From contig OZ024747.1 in assembly GCA_964016885.1 (NCBI GenBank), positions 24,490,001 through 24,554,000 of the forward strand: a DNA stretch of 64,000 bases. The letters are read 5' to 3'. The notes under the pieces are model-generated. The model was given only the letters and a program-made list of their open reading frames with translations. It did no database searches and was not told the DNA's origin. Shown in pieces: positions 28,903 to 44,234 of this stretch (its first letter is position 1; each line of letters starts with the position of its first letter). A program made the position numbers and the translations under genes. The stretch is from Eledone cirrhosa. Lineage: Eukaryota.

Positions 28903-29155
28903 AACTAGTACATCGTTCCTGTGTCAGTGTTGAACAAAAAGGTGACGTGGTTGCCTTAACACCGTATGGCATAAATTCAGGCTGTTCAGTTTGTTTACAA
29001 ACGAACAAAGCGACGTTAGCGCCGCTAAACTGATACGTGCATATATGTATGTGTACCTGTATGCATATGTATATATATATGTATATATATATATATATGT
29101 GCATGCTACTGTACGTCTGTATACATATATGTATGTACGTATACATGCATACTTA
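28903..29155 (+). repeat. Inverted partial copy of the 466-bp unit terminating the array
   Basis: Reverse complement of ~28608-28860; begins AACTAGTA|CATCGTT (stem III and cleavage site) and runs into (TA)n at 29156. Confidence 0.92.
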
Positions 29156-31434
<2,279 letters not shown>

Positions 31435-31742
31435 AACAAAGAAAGTCTGGTAAGAAACCAGGTGGACCATAACCCACCAGAGTACTCAATATTTAGGCTA
31501 GTAGAGTGGTTAATAGGAAAAAGGTCAAGACCCCGACGGCAGTGTTTTTCATTAGAAATATGAAAAGAGAAGGGTTAAATGGTTGGTGGAAGAGAGATAT
31601 AAAGAAAACGATATAGTGAGTATTAAACCTGAGGTAACAAGTCTTCTCCCACATCTACACCACTTCCCTGTTAGTTGTCCTAGTGACCTAGATGACATGT
31701 CACCAGATCTGCTGCTATACCAAATGTGTATATGTGTGTGTA

Positions 31743-31778
<36 letters not shown>

Positions 31779-31854
31779 CATATATATATATATTCCACAT
31801 ATATATATGTTAACTAATTATATATATATAATTAGTTACAACAGTGACGTATAT

Positions 31855-31900
31855 AGGTACTTAAGTTTCGTAGGGTTATACACCCCAACTCATTCAGCCT
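31855..31900 (-). ncRNA. Hammerhead variant with CUGAAUGA core
   Basis: Minus strand: AGG CUGAAUGA GUUGGGGUGUAUAACCCUAC GAAA CUUAAG UA CCU; palindromic ACUUAAGU. Confidence 0.6.
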
Positions 31901-32015
31901 GTTTTACAAAATAAAAAATGTGTAACTAATTACACTTAAGTCGTCCTATGGACTGAGTGCTCTTACCCTTGGAGATTTCTACCAAATTTATACTACAGTA
32001 TATATTTATACACAT

Positions 32016-32046
<31 letters not shown>

Positions 32047-32217
32047 TGAAAATGTTTGACCCCGGCGGCAGAGCTCAAGCCGTTTCGAGTATTGAGAACA
32101 CTGGTGTGTTATGGTCCATCTGGTTCCTTACCACACCTCCTTCATTTTTATTGTAGAACAATAAAGCAATGCAAATATCGGATAAGTAGCACTCAACAGT
32201 TTATTGGACTGGAGTAT

Positions 32218-32790
32218 ATCATCATCATCATCATCATCGTTTAACGTCCATATTCCACGCTTGCATGGGTTTGGACGGGAGTTTTCCCACTTGAGGCAAG
32301 AGTGGTTGTCTTGCTCGCATAGGATTATCTGGAGGGTTTTCTACAGCTGGATGCCCTTCCTAACACCAACCACATTTACAGTGTGGGGCTGGGAGGTTTT
32401 TACCGTGTTGCCTACACGGCCACATTACAGCGTGGACTGTGTGTTTTTTTGTCGTGACACCTACACGACCTCATTTGTTTCGGGCTGGATGTTGTGACAC
32501 CAACATAACTTTACATTGAAAGAGGTGGGGTGGATGGGGTGTGGGTAGTGGGACGGGGGTGTATTTTGTTAGAGGTGCCTACTGACTTTGTACTTAGGTA
32601 AGGCGGGTCTTCTCTATTACTGTGTAGCGCCAAAGCTCTCGGTCCAGTGACATTGTCTTGGAGAGGTGTAAGTGTGTGAGATCGGAATTTATCAAGTCGT
32701 CCCAGGTTTTTCTGGGTCTGCCTACTCCGTGGCTACCGTCTATTTTTATTGCCCTGCACTTTTTTATACAGCTGTCGTCTTTCATGCACA
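32218..32790 (-). mobile_element. RTE LINE 3' end, same family
   Basis: ORF 32594-32785 MKDDSCIKKCRAIKIDGSHGVGRPRKTW; (CAT)n at 32218-32238. Further UTR/tail fragments at ~10355-10510, ~39190-39360, ~63451-63760. Confidence 0.85.
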
Positions 32791-32897
32791 GTATATATAA
32801 GAAGAAATTAAAAGATGGTTAAAAAAGTTCCATGTATTGTATTGAAATGCATTTCAATACAATACATGGAACTTTTTTAACCATCTTTTAATTTCTT

Positions 32898-32932
<35 letters not shown>

Positions 32933-33904
32933 TTAAGGATACTATTTATGGTTATGTATATACTAAAACTTTTTATAGTTATATATATTTTAAACCCTAA
33001 ACAGTGAAGGTCAGTAATTTATTACTACCTTATTACCAGTAAGATAAATAGCTCAATGTAATAACTGTTTCTACTTTTGGCACAAGGCCAGCAATTATTC
33101 CAGTGTATTACTGGTACTTTATTTTATCGACCCGTTAAGGATGAAAGGCAAAGTTAACCTCGGCGGGTCTTGAACTCAGTCCGTAAAGGGACGTAACTGT
33201 GCTGCAAAGCATGGCATCCGACCCTCTACTGATACTGCCAATCCACCGCCCTAGCTCAATGTAATAACATCAGTTGTTCTACAGAGCAGTTATATAGAAT
33301 TCACAAGAATCAAAGCTATGTTCAAAGTATTTATTCACTTACAATTGTTTCATCCAAACCCAGGCTTGGAGTCTTCGGAGCATTTTTCAATGTTTGCTTC
33401 TCCTTTTTATTTTTATTTTTCTGCACACATACTTTTTTATTATATACAAAAAATACCTTACCACTGACAACCTCCATAATACTCTTACTTACCCGCTTAA
33501 AGTGCTTGTATTACATGTAACACCCTGCCACACAATAATCATATATAAATGAGACACACGTGCATGCCCCACGTGTAACTAACGCATACACTAACTACTA
33601 CATCTGACTAACAAACTATCCTCTTACATTATCTATGTTAACTGCCGAATGTATTTTAATTTTGTTTTAATTTTAATTTTGATTTTGATTTTGAATTTGA
33701 ATTGCTATACAGAAATAATATAATATATGTCACTCCACTGTACATCAATATATACATATGTATCTGTATGTCTCTTGTGTTGGAAAGGAGGTCAATTATG
33801 TGTACAAACATTGAAAAATGCTCCGAAGACTCCAAGCCTAGGTTTGGATGAAACAATTGTAAGTGAATAAATGCTTTGAACATAGCTTTGATTCTTGTGA
33901 ATTC

Positions 33905-33936
<32 letters not shown>

Positions 33937-34368
33937 TATATATAGAAATGATTTCTACAGGACTGGAACTGTTTCATTCCTAGCAAATCATCATGTATAT
34001 ATACATACCTATATATTATATATATAGGTATGAACCAGTCCACAGATGACATGACACACCAGATCTGCTGCTGTACTAAATGTAACATCATCAGCATCAT
34101 TGTAAGTGTTTTTTTACAGTGACTTTTTCAAAATACTGGCATGGGCTGGATGGTACTTTTACAAGCAATATTTAGCAGTCGGATGTCTACCCTGACACTA
34201 ATCTTATAGTCACTTCCTGTGACAAACAGGGATATGCTGTTGTGCCTATACTAAACCAGATAGACGTTTATATATCAAATACAGTCCACAGTTGTCTGTG
34301 AACGACTAATGTTTACACCAAGACCCAATGTAAATATCAAAACATATCTAAGCTCTTTTACTGCTGTG

Positions 34369-34405
<37 letters not shown>

Positions 34406-34676
34406 CTGCTATTAAACTGGATTCAGTTGTTTGGGTGGATTTGACTTACTAGAATCTACAGATCTGAAACTGTGTATGTAGGTGTGTATGTATGTAGGTG
34501 TGTGTGTATGTGTATTTGTGTGTCCATGTGTGTGCATATGTATGTGTGGGTGTGTGTGTGTGTGTGTGTGTGGTCTGTGGATTTCATTACCTCAAGTCTA
34601 CAGATCTGACACTATATGTATATATGTGTGTGTGTCCATGTCTATAAGCTTGACACTATGTAAGTGTGTGTCTAAG

Positions 34677-34753
<77 letters not shown>

Positions 34754-35691
34754 CTGTGTATATGTATAACACTATATAGGATTGATACTATGTGTGAGTG
34801 TATGTGTAATTCTATAGGCTTGACATTTTCTGGGTGTATGGGGTGTGCGCATATGTATGTGTAACTTCATAAGTCTGATATTGTGTGGGGTTATAAGTAT
34901 GTATGTGTAGGGCTATCACCATATTTGTAAGTGTGAGTGTATTTGAGTGTATGTATGTGTATATTGTGCATGCATGTAAGAATGTGTGGGGGTGTGTATA
35001 TATATTTGTATGACTAAGACTGACATTGTATGTATGAATGTATATAAATATATGCATTTGTATATGTGTGTTCAAATGCACATGTGTAACTCTATAGGCC
35101 TGACACTTTATGTGTGTGTGTGCGCATAGGACTCTGTGTAAAGAGTGGTGGTATTTTACATTTACATCACATTAGACTATGCAGTGTGAGTGAATCTTGT
35201 CTTAATAACAACTTATTACATCTCCTCAGCAAAGATCATTCACAATATACACTTAAGTTGGTCTAACATAGGTAATAATGGTTTCTTATATAGGCACAAG
35301 GCCAGCAATTTTGGCGGAGGGGAAAGTCGATTAAATCGACCCCAGTGCGTGACTGGTACTTTATTTTATCGACCCCGTAAGGATGAAAGGCAAAGTTAAC
35401 CTCGGCGGGATTTGAACTCAGATCATAAAGGGCCGTAACTCTATGCTGCAAAGCATGGCATTCGGCCCGCTACCGATACTGCCAATCCACCGCCCTTCTA
35501 ACATAGGTAATAATGTTCAAATTTAGATCAACTGAAACTTATTTACTATTCTGGGATTGAATACCCACAAAGAGAGTTTTAGTCATGAAATTGCAAGGGT
35601 AGTCTTGGTTGATTGATGTTTTTCCACTCAGCATATTTAGAATGCTAGGCTCTACTTTTGTGTATACATGTGCATATATCAACATCATCAT

Positions 35692-35876
35692 CTGTTGACA
35701 AAGAAGGGTTTCTCCCTACGAACGAAAGGTCACTTATATGATGCCTGTGTGAGATGTGCGATGCTGCATGGTAGTGAGACATGGACAGCAACTGCGGAGG
35801 ATATGCAACAGCTGGAGAGAAAGGAAGCAAGCATGCTCTGTTGGATGTGCAATGTCAATGTGCATGATCGACAGCA
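35692..35876 (+). mobile_element. RTE LINE fragment
   Basis: LLTKKGFSLRTKGHLYDACVRCAMLHGSETW, matching 21165-21345. Confidence 0.85.
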
Positions 35877-37581
35877 AAGTGACTCAGATAAAGTTTTTGA
35901 ATAACTAAAGCAGGGTAGTTTTTATAATTTGAAATAAAAAATAATTTAATCAGGAATCGATGGTTTCCTACCACTCCCATGATCCTTTTTGCTGAGTGCA
36001 TAAACAATACACAAATAATATTACCATTCTGATCTGAAGAGATAGAAATATTGTTGTCTGTAAAACTCTACACTAGATTAATGAGTCCTTTATATTTCAG
36101 ATAGGAGGAGGGGGTCGTATCTGTTGTCTTCCACCTCTAGTTGTAAATCCCTTAATATTTCAGATTGGAGGAGGTCGTATCTGTTGTCTTCCATCTCTAG
36201 TCGTAGAGTCCTTAATATGTCAGGTAGGAGGGGTTGTACATACTGAAACAAAAAATTCATAACAAGGACTGAAAATAATTCCTGGCACAAGGCCAGCAAT
36301 TACCCCAGTGCATTACTGGTGCTTTATTTTATCGACGCTGTAAGGATGAAAGGCAAAGCTAACCTTGGAGGGATTTGAACTCAGAACGCAATGGGCCATA
36401 ACTCTATGCTGCAAAGCATGGTGTCTGTCACTCTACCAATAGTGCCAATCCACTGCGCTCGGACTGAACATAATAGAATCAAATTCCCATTGTCACTGCC
36501 TCTGTCTCTCTCGTTCTCCCCATCTCTCACTATTATAAGCAAATGGTGGCCCACGTTCTGGCCACTCTGGGGATCTCGGTGGACAGAATCGGGCTGGAGA
36601 AGGTCTCAAAATATGAATATACACACAGATAGAAGATCACTATTGTTTGAAACCAAGTATATATTGCTTGGAAAAATATTGAATATCTATGGAAACTCTT
36701 TAATAAAAATGATCCAAGTGGAACATAGCTGTCTTTTCAATGTTTGAAAATCATGCTGTACCCTACTTATACATATAATACATACAAATAATGTATTTAT
36801 ATATATATGTGCATGTGTATGTGTGTGTGTATATATATATCTATTATTTTCCAAGCAATGTATTACTATGCAGTTTATAACAAACAACACAATACAATCT
36901 GCATTTCTATCGGCTTAGGGGTAACAATTACTCTGGATTTCTTACTTGATTCATAACATACACACATACATAAACATACACAAAAACACCCAGTCATACA
37001 CTCACAGACATCTATACACACACATTCACACACATACAGCACTCTTCCTCCTACTCACTTACAAATACACACTCACTGGTACGGTCACAGTCACACATAC
37101 ATACACACATGCACACACATTCACAGACACAAACACACACTCACCGTAACACATGCATACACACACACACACTCACTCATAGTCATGCACATACAGACAC
37201 AGACTCATTCACTCACACACACACGCACATACACACTCACTCACACACACACACAGTTACACACAGAAACACACTGTCATACACATACAAACACAGACTC
37301 ATTCACACACACTCAGACACACTCACAGACACAGTCACACACACACATAAACATACTCAGTTATACACATACAAACACACAGACTCATTCACACACACAC
37401 ACACAGACACAGTCACAAACACAGTCACACACTCACACACAGCGACACAAACATACTTAAAGTCATACACATACAAATACAGACTCATTCACACACACAC
37501 ACACAAATACACACTCACAGTAACACATACATACACACACTCATAGTCATGCACATATAGACTCACCCCCCCCCCCCTCAG

Positions 37582-37622
<41 letters not shown>

Positions 37623-37949
37623 AAAATTTAGATAAAGTCAGTTACTGTAAGAGAAGAACACAATACAGAGATATTGTCACTTGCATGTGTCCAGTGTTTC
37701 ACTTGCTGCCAATGACAACCAAAATTATCTCCCCCTCCCCCTCCCATCCTCTCTTTTTTTTTCTTTATTGTTATTGTTGTTCTCCTTTTCTTTCCTCTCT
37801 CATCTTCTCTCCTTCCTCTCCTTCTCCCCCCCCCCCCCCCCACAATCTTAAATCATGGCAGCATTATTTATTGCAACACTGAAAAATTAGGTAAAACTTG
37901 GAATGCCACAGTGTCTCAGAGATTAGCAAATCTAACACACACACACACA

Positions 37950-38022
<73 letters not shown>

Positions 38023-39674
38023 TTAGAGAGAGAGAGGGGGAGAGGGAGAGTAATGATTTTTCTTTTTTAATCTCTCAATAAAGTTAGTGACCTACATCAA
38101 TATCTAGCGAGAGAGAGAGAGAGAGAGAGAGAGAAGAGTGTAGATGACCTAATTATACAGGACAGTAACCTTTTTACATACTTAATACTATTAATTAACG
38201 AAGTAATAATCACCACTGGAGTAATTATTAGCCCTGGAGGTTGGAGGTGGACAACTAGCAGAGAGTGATGGAGTGTGTGGGGGGGGGGGTATGTGTGTGT
38301 GTGTTTGTATTTGTGTATGTACTGCATGTGACCTAATTATAAAAGACTGACCTAGTTACATAAACACTTAATCAATGAAATAATCACCAGTGAGGGTGAC
38401 CATTAGCCCTAGGGGTTGGGTGTAAGAGAACCACCCTCCCTCACCCATAATTGGTAACTATGGGAATGGTAACTAACTGATATAGATGGATGTTAGTGAA
38501 GACCTAAAGTATTTAGCTGACTATTATATATCTACTGACCGCTGTAATAACCCTCATTAGTGGTCACTCAAATTGCTAGATATAGTAGCCAGATAAGCTT
38601 CAAATTATAATCGTGGCTGTCTAGAAAATGAAGAGCACATTTGGATAATGTGGTCCTAGATATACTATGTCTTATTAAAAGGACATAGTCATATCTGGAA
38701 TATATTTGAAGAGCACATTTAGATCATGTAGTCCTAGATATACCATGTCTTATTAAAAGGACATAGTCATATTTGGAACATATTTGAAGATCACACTTAG
38801 ATTATGTAGTCCTAGATATACTAAGTTTAAATAAAATGACATAGTCCGAGCTGGGACATATTTGAAGGGCACATTTAGATAATATAGCCCTAGGTTATAA
38901 TATGTCTGAATACAAAGACATATGGTCATCTTTGAACATCTTTGATCATAGATGTGCTGGATCAGAGCTGACCGGCGGTTAAACAACAATATCAGACAAG
39001 AAGAATGGACACATTAGATAATGTAATCCTAGATACATTATGTCTGAATCTAAGGAATAGGATGATCAAAGACGAAATGTCTCTTTTATCATAGCTGACT
39101 TGTGTCAAAGCAGACTTTGGGAAAACTAACAACAACAAGAAAGATCACATTAGATAATGTAACCCTAGATACACTCATCATTGTCATTATCATCATCATC
39201 TTCATCATCATAGTCATCTTATGTTAAATTTCCATATTTACATGGTCTGAATTAGTTCATATTCAGAGTTACTACACTCCTAGACAAGCATGGTTTCTGT
39301 GGCTGGATGCCCTTCATAATGCAAATCATTTTGTAGAGTGTACTGAATGTATTTTATTGTGGTACCAACAATAAAAAATGGGCAGACTGATGGACAGACA
39401 ACCAAACCAACAGATGAGCAGATAGTTTTATAGATGGTAGATAGACAGTTAGGTGTGTATGTATTATATATATATATATATAGGAACGAGTAGGACCCCG
39501 ACGGCTGAGCTCAAGCTGTTTCGACGGCTAATTCTGGACTAAATTCTGAACTAATTTAGTCCAGAATTGCTCAGCCATCAGGGTCCTACTCGTTCCTATT
39601 ACCCACTCTACTTCCCTAAGTATTGAGTACTTTGGTGCGTTATGGTCCATCTGGTTCCTTACCACATTTCCTTC

Positions 39675-39730
<56 letters not shown>

Positions 39731-39732
<2 letters not shown>

Positions 39733-40031
39733 AGAGTATTGGAGTTTGCTTGAAGCATTGTGGAATAATAAGGTAAATTTCTTTAAGTCGTTTGGAAGCC
39801 TCGACAATGCAGATGGGTAAATCTCCGGGTAACAAGATCCGGTGGTGGAGAGAGAGATGTAAGTGGGTGTACGTTGAGATGCGTGGCGTGTATAAGACTA
39901 GCGTGTAGAGGAATGAAGGAAAGAGCATAAAGGATAAAAATAAAAATAACAACACGAGATAGAGTTACCTTGGGAGAGATTTAATTGTCCCAATATATTT
40001 CGGATTCACATCCATCAACTGGGGTTTTTTT

Positions 40032-40069
<38 letters not shown>

Positions 40070-40960
40070 GTCTGTTGGAAAGGTGCGAAACGTGTCCTCC
40101 ACTGTTCGTTGTTTTGAATATCTGAGGTATACGGCAGAGCGTGCGTGCGTGTGAAATGGGGTTGGTCAGGGAGAGGTCAGCTGCCGAATGAGGGAGTGGG
40201 GTGGCCCTAGCTGTCAGTGCATTCTCTGCCTGTTTGTTGAATATTACTGTGTGTGTGCGTGTGTTGTTGTCTTGCTTGAGAGTGTGTGTGTGTGTGTGCG
40301 TGTGTTGTTGCCTTGTTCCTCTGTATTTGCAGTGTAGTATGTTTGTATTGTGGAATGCTACTGTGTGTGTGCGTGTGTTGCTGTCTTGCTTGTGTGTGTG
40401 TGTGCATGTGTTGCTGCATCGTTTGTTAACTTAAACCAACCACCTTATTTCGCTTCTCTCGGATCGGTTGTTTAATTGTGGCCCTAGGCGTTTGATCCAA
40501 AGTGCTTCCTTGATACGTAACGTGCCGACGTTTCTTTCTGTCACTAGAATTGTGACAATGGGCCTTCCATCTTTGTTTCCGCATTTGGCTATGTGTTTCC
40601 AGAAAGACAAGGCCCTGGTTTTAGTGTGTTCCTTGATCCGGATATGCAACGGCGGATTGTGCTACCTATATAGTATTGGTTGCACTTGTTACATTCTATC
40701 TTATACACGACGTATGTGCGTAGGCAACAATTCGCATGGCGCATCAGGCAGTCTCTGAGGGAGCACGCATCAGTTGATTTCCTGGGTTTCCTGGAGAGGC
40801 ATATTCGCAGGGAGGGGCCCGAGTGGGCCAGGTGGATGTTGAGGCCCTCCCTCCGTATAGCCTTGCGGATAGCGTTGGTGGTATTCTCGGCCAGGTGTGG
40901 CATTCTAAGGAAGCACTTGCCTTAGATGCCTCTCTGTCTCTTGTGTCTGGTGTCTCCTAC
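39731..40960 (-). mobile_element. 5'-truncated second copy of the same Penelope-like family
   Basis: ORFs 40589-40903 and 40431-40649 closely match 18933-19406; same 3' region ending in (TA)n. Confidence 0.92.
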
Positions 40961-41181
40961 ATATGTACATATGTGTGTGTGTGTGTCGCCACTGATTGTT
41001 TTATGTCATGGTCCAATGACGTAAATGGCCACAGAAATATGTATTATGTAAATATGCAACAATAAATGAAGTTATGGAATCCAGCCTTCTCATACTTTCA
41101 TTGAAATATATATATATATATATTATAAGTATATAATGTCAAGCAATGAAAGAATTAGAAAAACAGAAGTAGTAATTATAT

Positions 41182-41222
<41 letters not shown>

Positions 41223-41247
41223 GTGTGTATGTATATATTTATATATT

Positions 41248-41289
<42 letters not shown>

Positions 41290-41953
41290 AAAGAGAGGGA
41301 GAGAAAGAGAGGGAGTGAGAGAGGGGGGTATAAAAAGATAAGAGTGAGAAAGAGAGAGAGAGAGAGATGTTAAAAGGTGTGAAAAGAGTGAAGATATTTA
41401 TTCTGTTGCTAGTGAACAAGCGACTGACACAGGTAGTTGAGTAATGAAACAATGAAGGTGGCAATTAATTACAGAGGGAACAACAGGTACAGGTGTGAAA
41501 GGTGGTAGAATTATCTGTGAGACACCTTTCAATGTTTATTAAGCACTACCATTATACTAAACATAGAGATATAGTCAGTGTTGTGTTGACTATATCACTA
41601 TGCTTCTTTTACACTCGTTGTTGTTCGACATCCATCAGTTTCGATGAGGAGTGTTCCAGTTGTATGTATGTCGGTATAAATATAAATATATATATATTTA
41701 TACAGATTAAAGTTTAAACAAAGAATCACTGCTTTCACCCTTTTACGGGATCTTCTGAGTTTCCGAAGACCCGTAAAAGGGATATATATAGTAGGAAGGT
41801 GTGTAATGATGAACTGTTGATGCAGAGTCAAGACCCACTCATCTTGATCGTCATCGAAACAATTGTCATAGGTGAATAAAATTTATATATGATGTATTTT
41901 TGAGACCCTTACAAGCAGGGCAAAGTGGACGTAAAATGATGATGATGATGATG

Positions 41954-41984
<31 letters not shown>

Positions 41985-42340
41985 TAAATTTGAAGACTAA
42001 ATATATATATATATTTTTTTTTTTGGATTTAATGCTCTGAAATAGCGATATATATGTGAAGACAAACATAGAATATTCGAAAATATTCTGTATGTTTATA
42101 ATAAACATTTTGAAGACCCAATCGCTATAGAATAGAAGATTTCTAACAAGAATGAAACGCGTAGATTACTTCCCTTACTTTTATCGAGAATCTCAAATTG
42201 TAATACGTGACGTATTCTATTCTATAGCGATTGGGTCTTCAAAATGTTTATTATAAACATACAGAATATTTTCGAATATTCTATGTTTGTCTTCATATAT
42301 ATATATATATAATTAATAAATATTATATATATATATATAA

Positions 42341-42527
42341 GGGCGGTGGATTGGCAGTATCGGTAGAGGGTCGGACGCCATGCTTTCCAGCATAGTTACG
42401 TCCCTTTACGATCTGAGTTCAAATCCCGCCGAGGTTGAATTTGCCTTTCATCCTTACGGGGTCGATAAAATAAAGTACCAGTAATGCACTGGGTAATTGC
42501 TGGCCTTGTGCCTAAAGTAGAAACAAT
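42341..42527 (+). mobile_element. tRNA-derived SINE with Meta-type domain; further copies ~1279-1415(+), 3100-3250(-), 33070-33252(-), 35283-35495(-), 36283-36455(-), 44992-45175(+), 45192-45410(+), 56125-56282(-), 62322-62497(-)
   Basis: A-box TGGCAGTATCGG, B-box GAGTTCAAATCC, GCCTTTCATCCTTACGGGGTCGATAAAATAAAGTACC, tail GGCCTTGTGCCTAAAGTAGAAAC. Confidence 0.85.
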
Positions 42528-42594
42528 TATATATATATATATAGTGATAATAATAAATTTGAAGACTAAATATATATATATATATATATTATTA

Positions 42595-42630
<36 letters not shown>

Positions 42631-42794
42631 TTTTAAATGGAATTTGATGTTAAGTAGGCAGTCATTTTGATTAGTGCTGTTGCATTGCCTGGGTAATTGC
42701 TGGCCTTGTGCCTAAAGTAGAAACAATTATATATATATATATAGTGATAATAATAAATTTGAAGACTAAATATATATATATATATATATTATTA

Positions 42795-42830
<36 letters not shown>

Positions 42831-44024
42831 TTTTTAATGGAATTTGATGTTAAGTAGGCAGTCATTTTGATTAGTGCTGTTGCATTGCCTTATTCTGCTT
42901 GTGTCTTGGTCTCTGTGTTTCTATTAAATATCTTATGATGATGGTTTGACAGAAGGAAGCGCTCTTTGATGAGAGGACCCTGATTCTAACAACATTAACA
43001 CAGATTTCATATCCTAGCCTAGAGCTTCAAATTGCAATGGATTATCCTGACCAAGGTAAAACCATACACCAGTGTACGTAATCCATGTAACCTTTGCTCT
43101 GAGAGACCATAAGCATACAATTCACCACTACTGAAGAAAAAGACTGAACTCGTTACATTGTGTAGACATACTTTAACTTCAAACCTATACAAGATCCTGA
43201 AATACACACACAAACCTATACAAGACTCTGAAACACACACACACAATAGCTCCAATACATACAGCATTCAGCAATGGCCTACAAAATTGCATAACCAGCC
43301 AAAGGCTTACATAATTTGCCTGCAACACTCATTTAATCTATCCAACTTTTAACCAAACACAGAACCAGAGCATTATATAATACCTTATAATCCTTTATTT
43401 TATTTCTCCCCAAAAGAAAATAACAGTAGATCTTAATAGAACTAACTGAAGATACATACTCAAAGGCTGAATAAAGGAAACAAACATTGACAAAGCACCA
43501 GAGCCATAAAGAATTACTTATTACCAAGATAAGGGAACATGGAAATAAACACCAGGCAACACCACCTCCATAAACAGTAATGTTATCTATAACAAATATC
43601 TAGTTATTTAATGACCCACTCTCTCTGAATTCCATTTCATTCTTGTTATGTATTTGATTGTAGCATTTTGATAACTTTTTCCCCTTAATTTTTATTTGGT
43701 TTAATTGCACATTTCTCCTCTGCTTCCCTAGTGTACCTCCCACATGTCAATCAAATTATAACCATGAAGCCTACTCCCAAAGAGAAACACTTGAACCAAA
43801 TTAAATCAGATTAATTTCTAATTTGCTATTGAAATATAGTATAAAGGAAAAGAATCCATGTGTATGGCAGACTGAACACACACGTGCTTCTTCTTAAAAA
43901 AAAAATTTTTTCCCATTTTTTCCTCTTCTCTATCGTTCTATTTCCTTTATTTCTCATTCCACCTTCTGATGAAGGACTAGCAACCAAAACGGTAAGACTC
44001 TTTTACTACTATATCAAGCATTAA

Positions 44025-44234
44025 CCCTTTAGCATTTACATTACGCTATATATTTACTATTGTATTTTCACAGTAAACACTTTATCTCACATAATATCAA
44101 ATCTATGAGATTTTGATATTATTTATTTTGCGAACAATACCTTAAAGTTGGTATGAGGGGCCAGTTACAGCCGGTTTGAACAGAAATAAGTGAGAGAATT
44201 CTGGCCGGATATGGCCAGTTTAAATGCTAAAGGG
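44025..44234. mobile_element. piggyBac-like MITE; other copies 3917-4127, 6446-6666, 9701-9934
   Basis: TTAA|CCCTTTAGCATTTA...TAAATGCTAAAGGG|TTAA; TTAA duplication confirmed by empty host-repeat sites elsewhere in the window. Confidence 0.85.

Larger units (their letters stand above)
21552..28903 (-). mobile_element. Tandem array of 16 (15 full + 1 truncated) 466-bp hammerhead-containing units; putative non-LTR retrozyme / ribozyme satellite
   Basis: ORF track repeats every 466 bp (21567, 22033 ... 28091, then 28558 after a 1-nt insertion). Only two differences seen: G>A at 22758 and an extra C at ~28157. Each unit has a minus-strand hammerhead. (TA)n lies immediately left of the array and immediately after the inverted copy on the right. 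Confidence 0.9.

Noticed and set aside
21567-29033. Repeated 93-, 112- and 66-aa ORFs in the 466-bp units
   Set aside because: They overlap in several frames, are kept open by TA/CA microsatellite codons and show no domain; the RNA fold explains the unit better.
42341-42432. tRNA gene
   Set aside because: A/B boxes belong to a multi-copy SINE head; no convincing cloverleaf.
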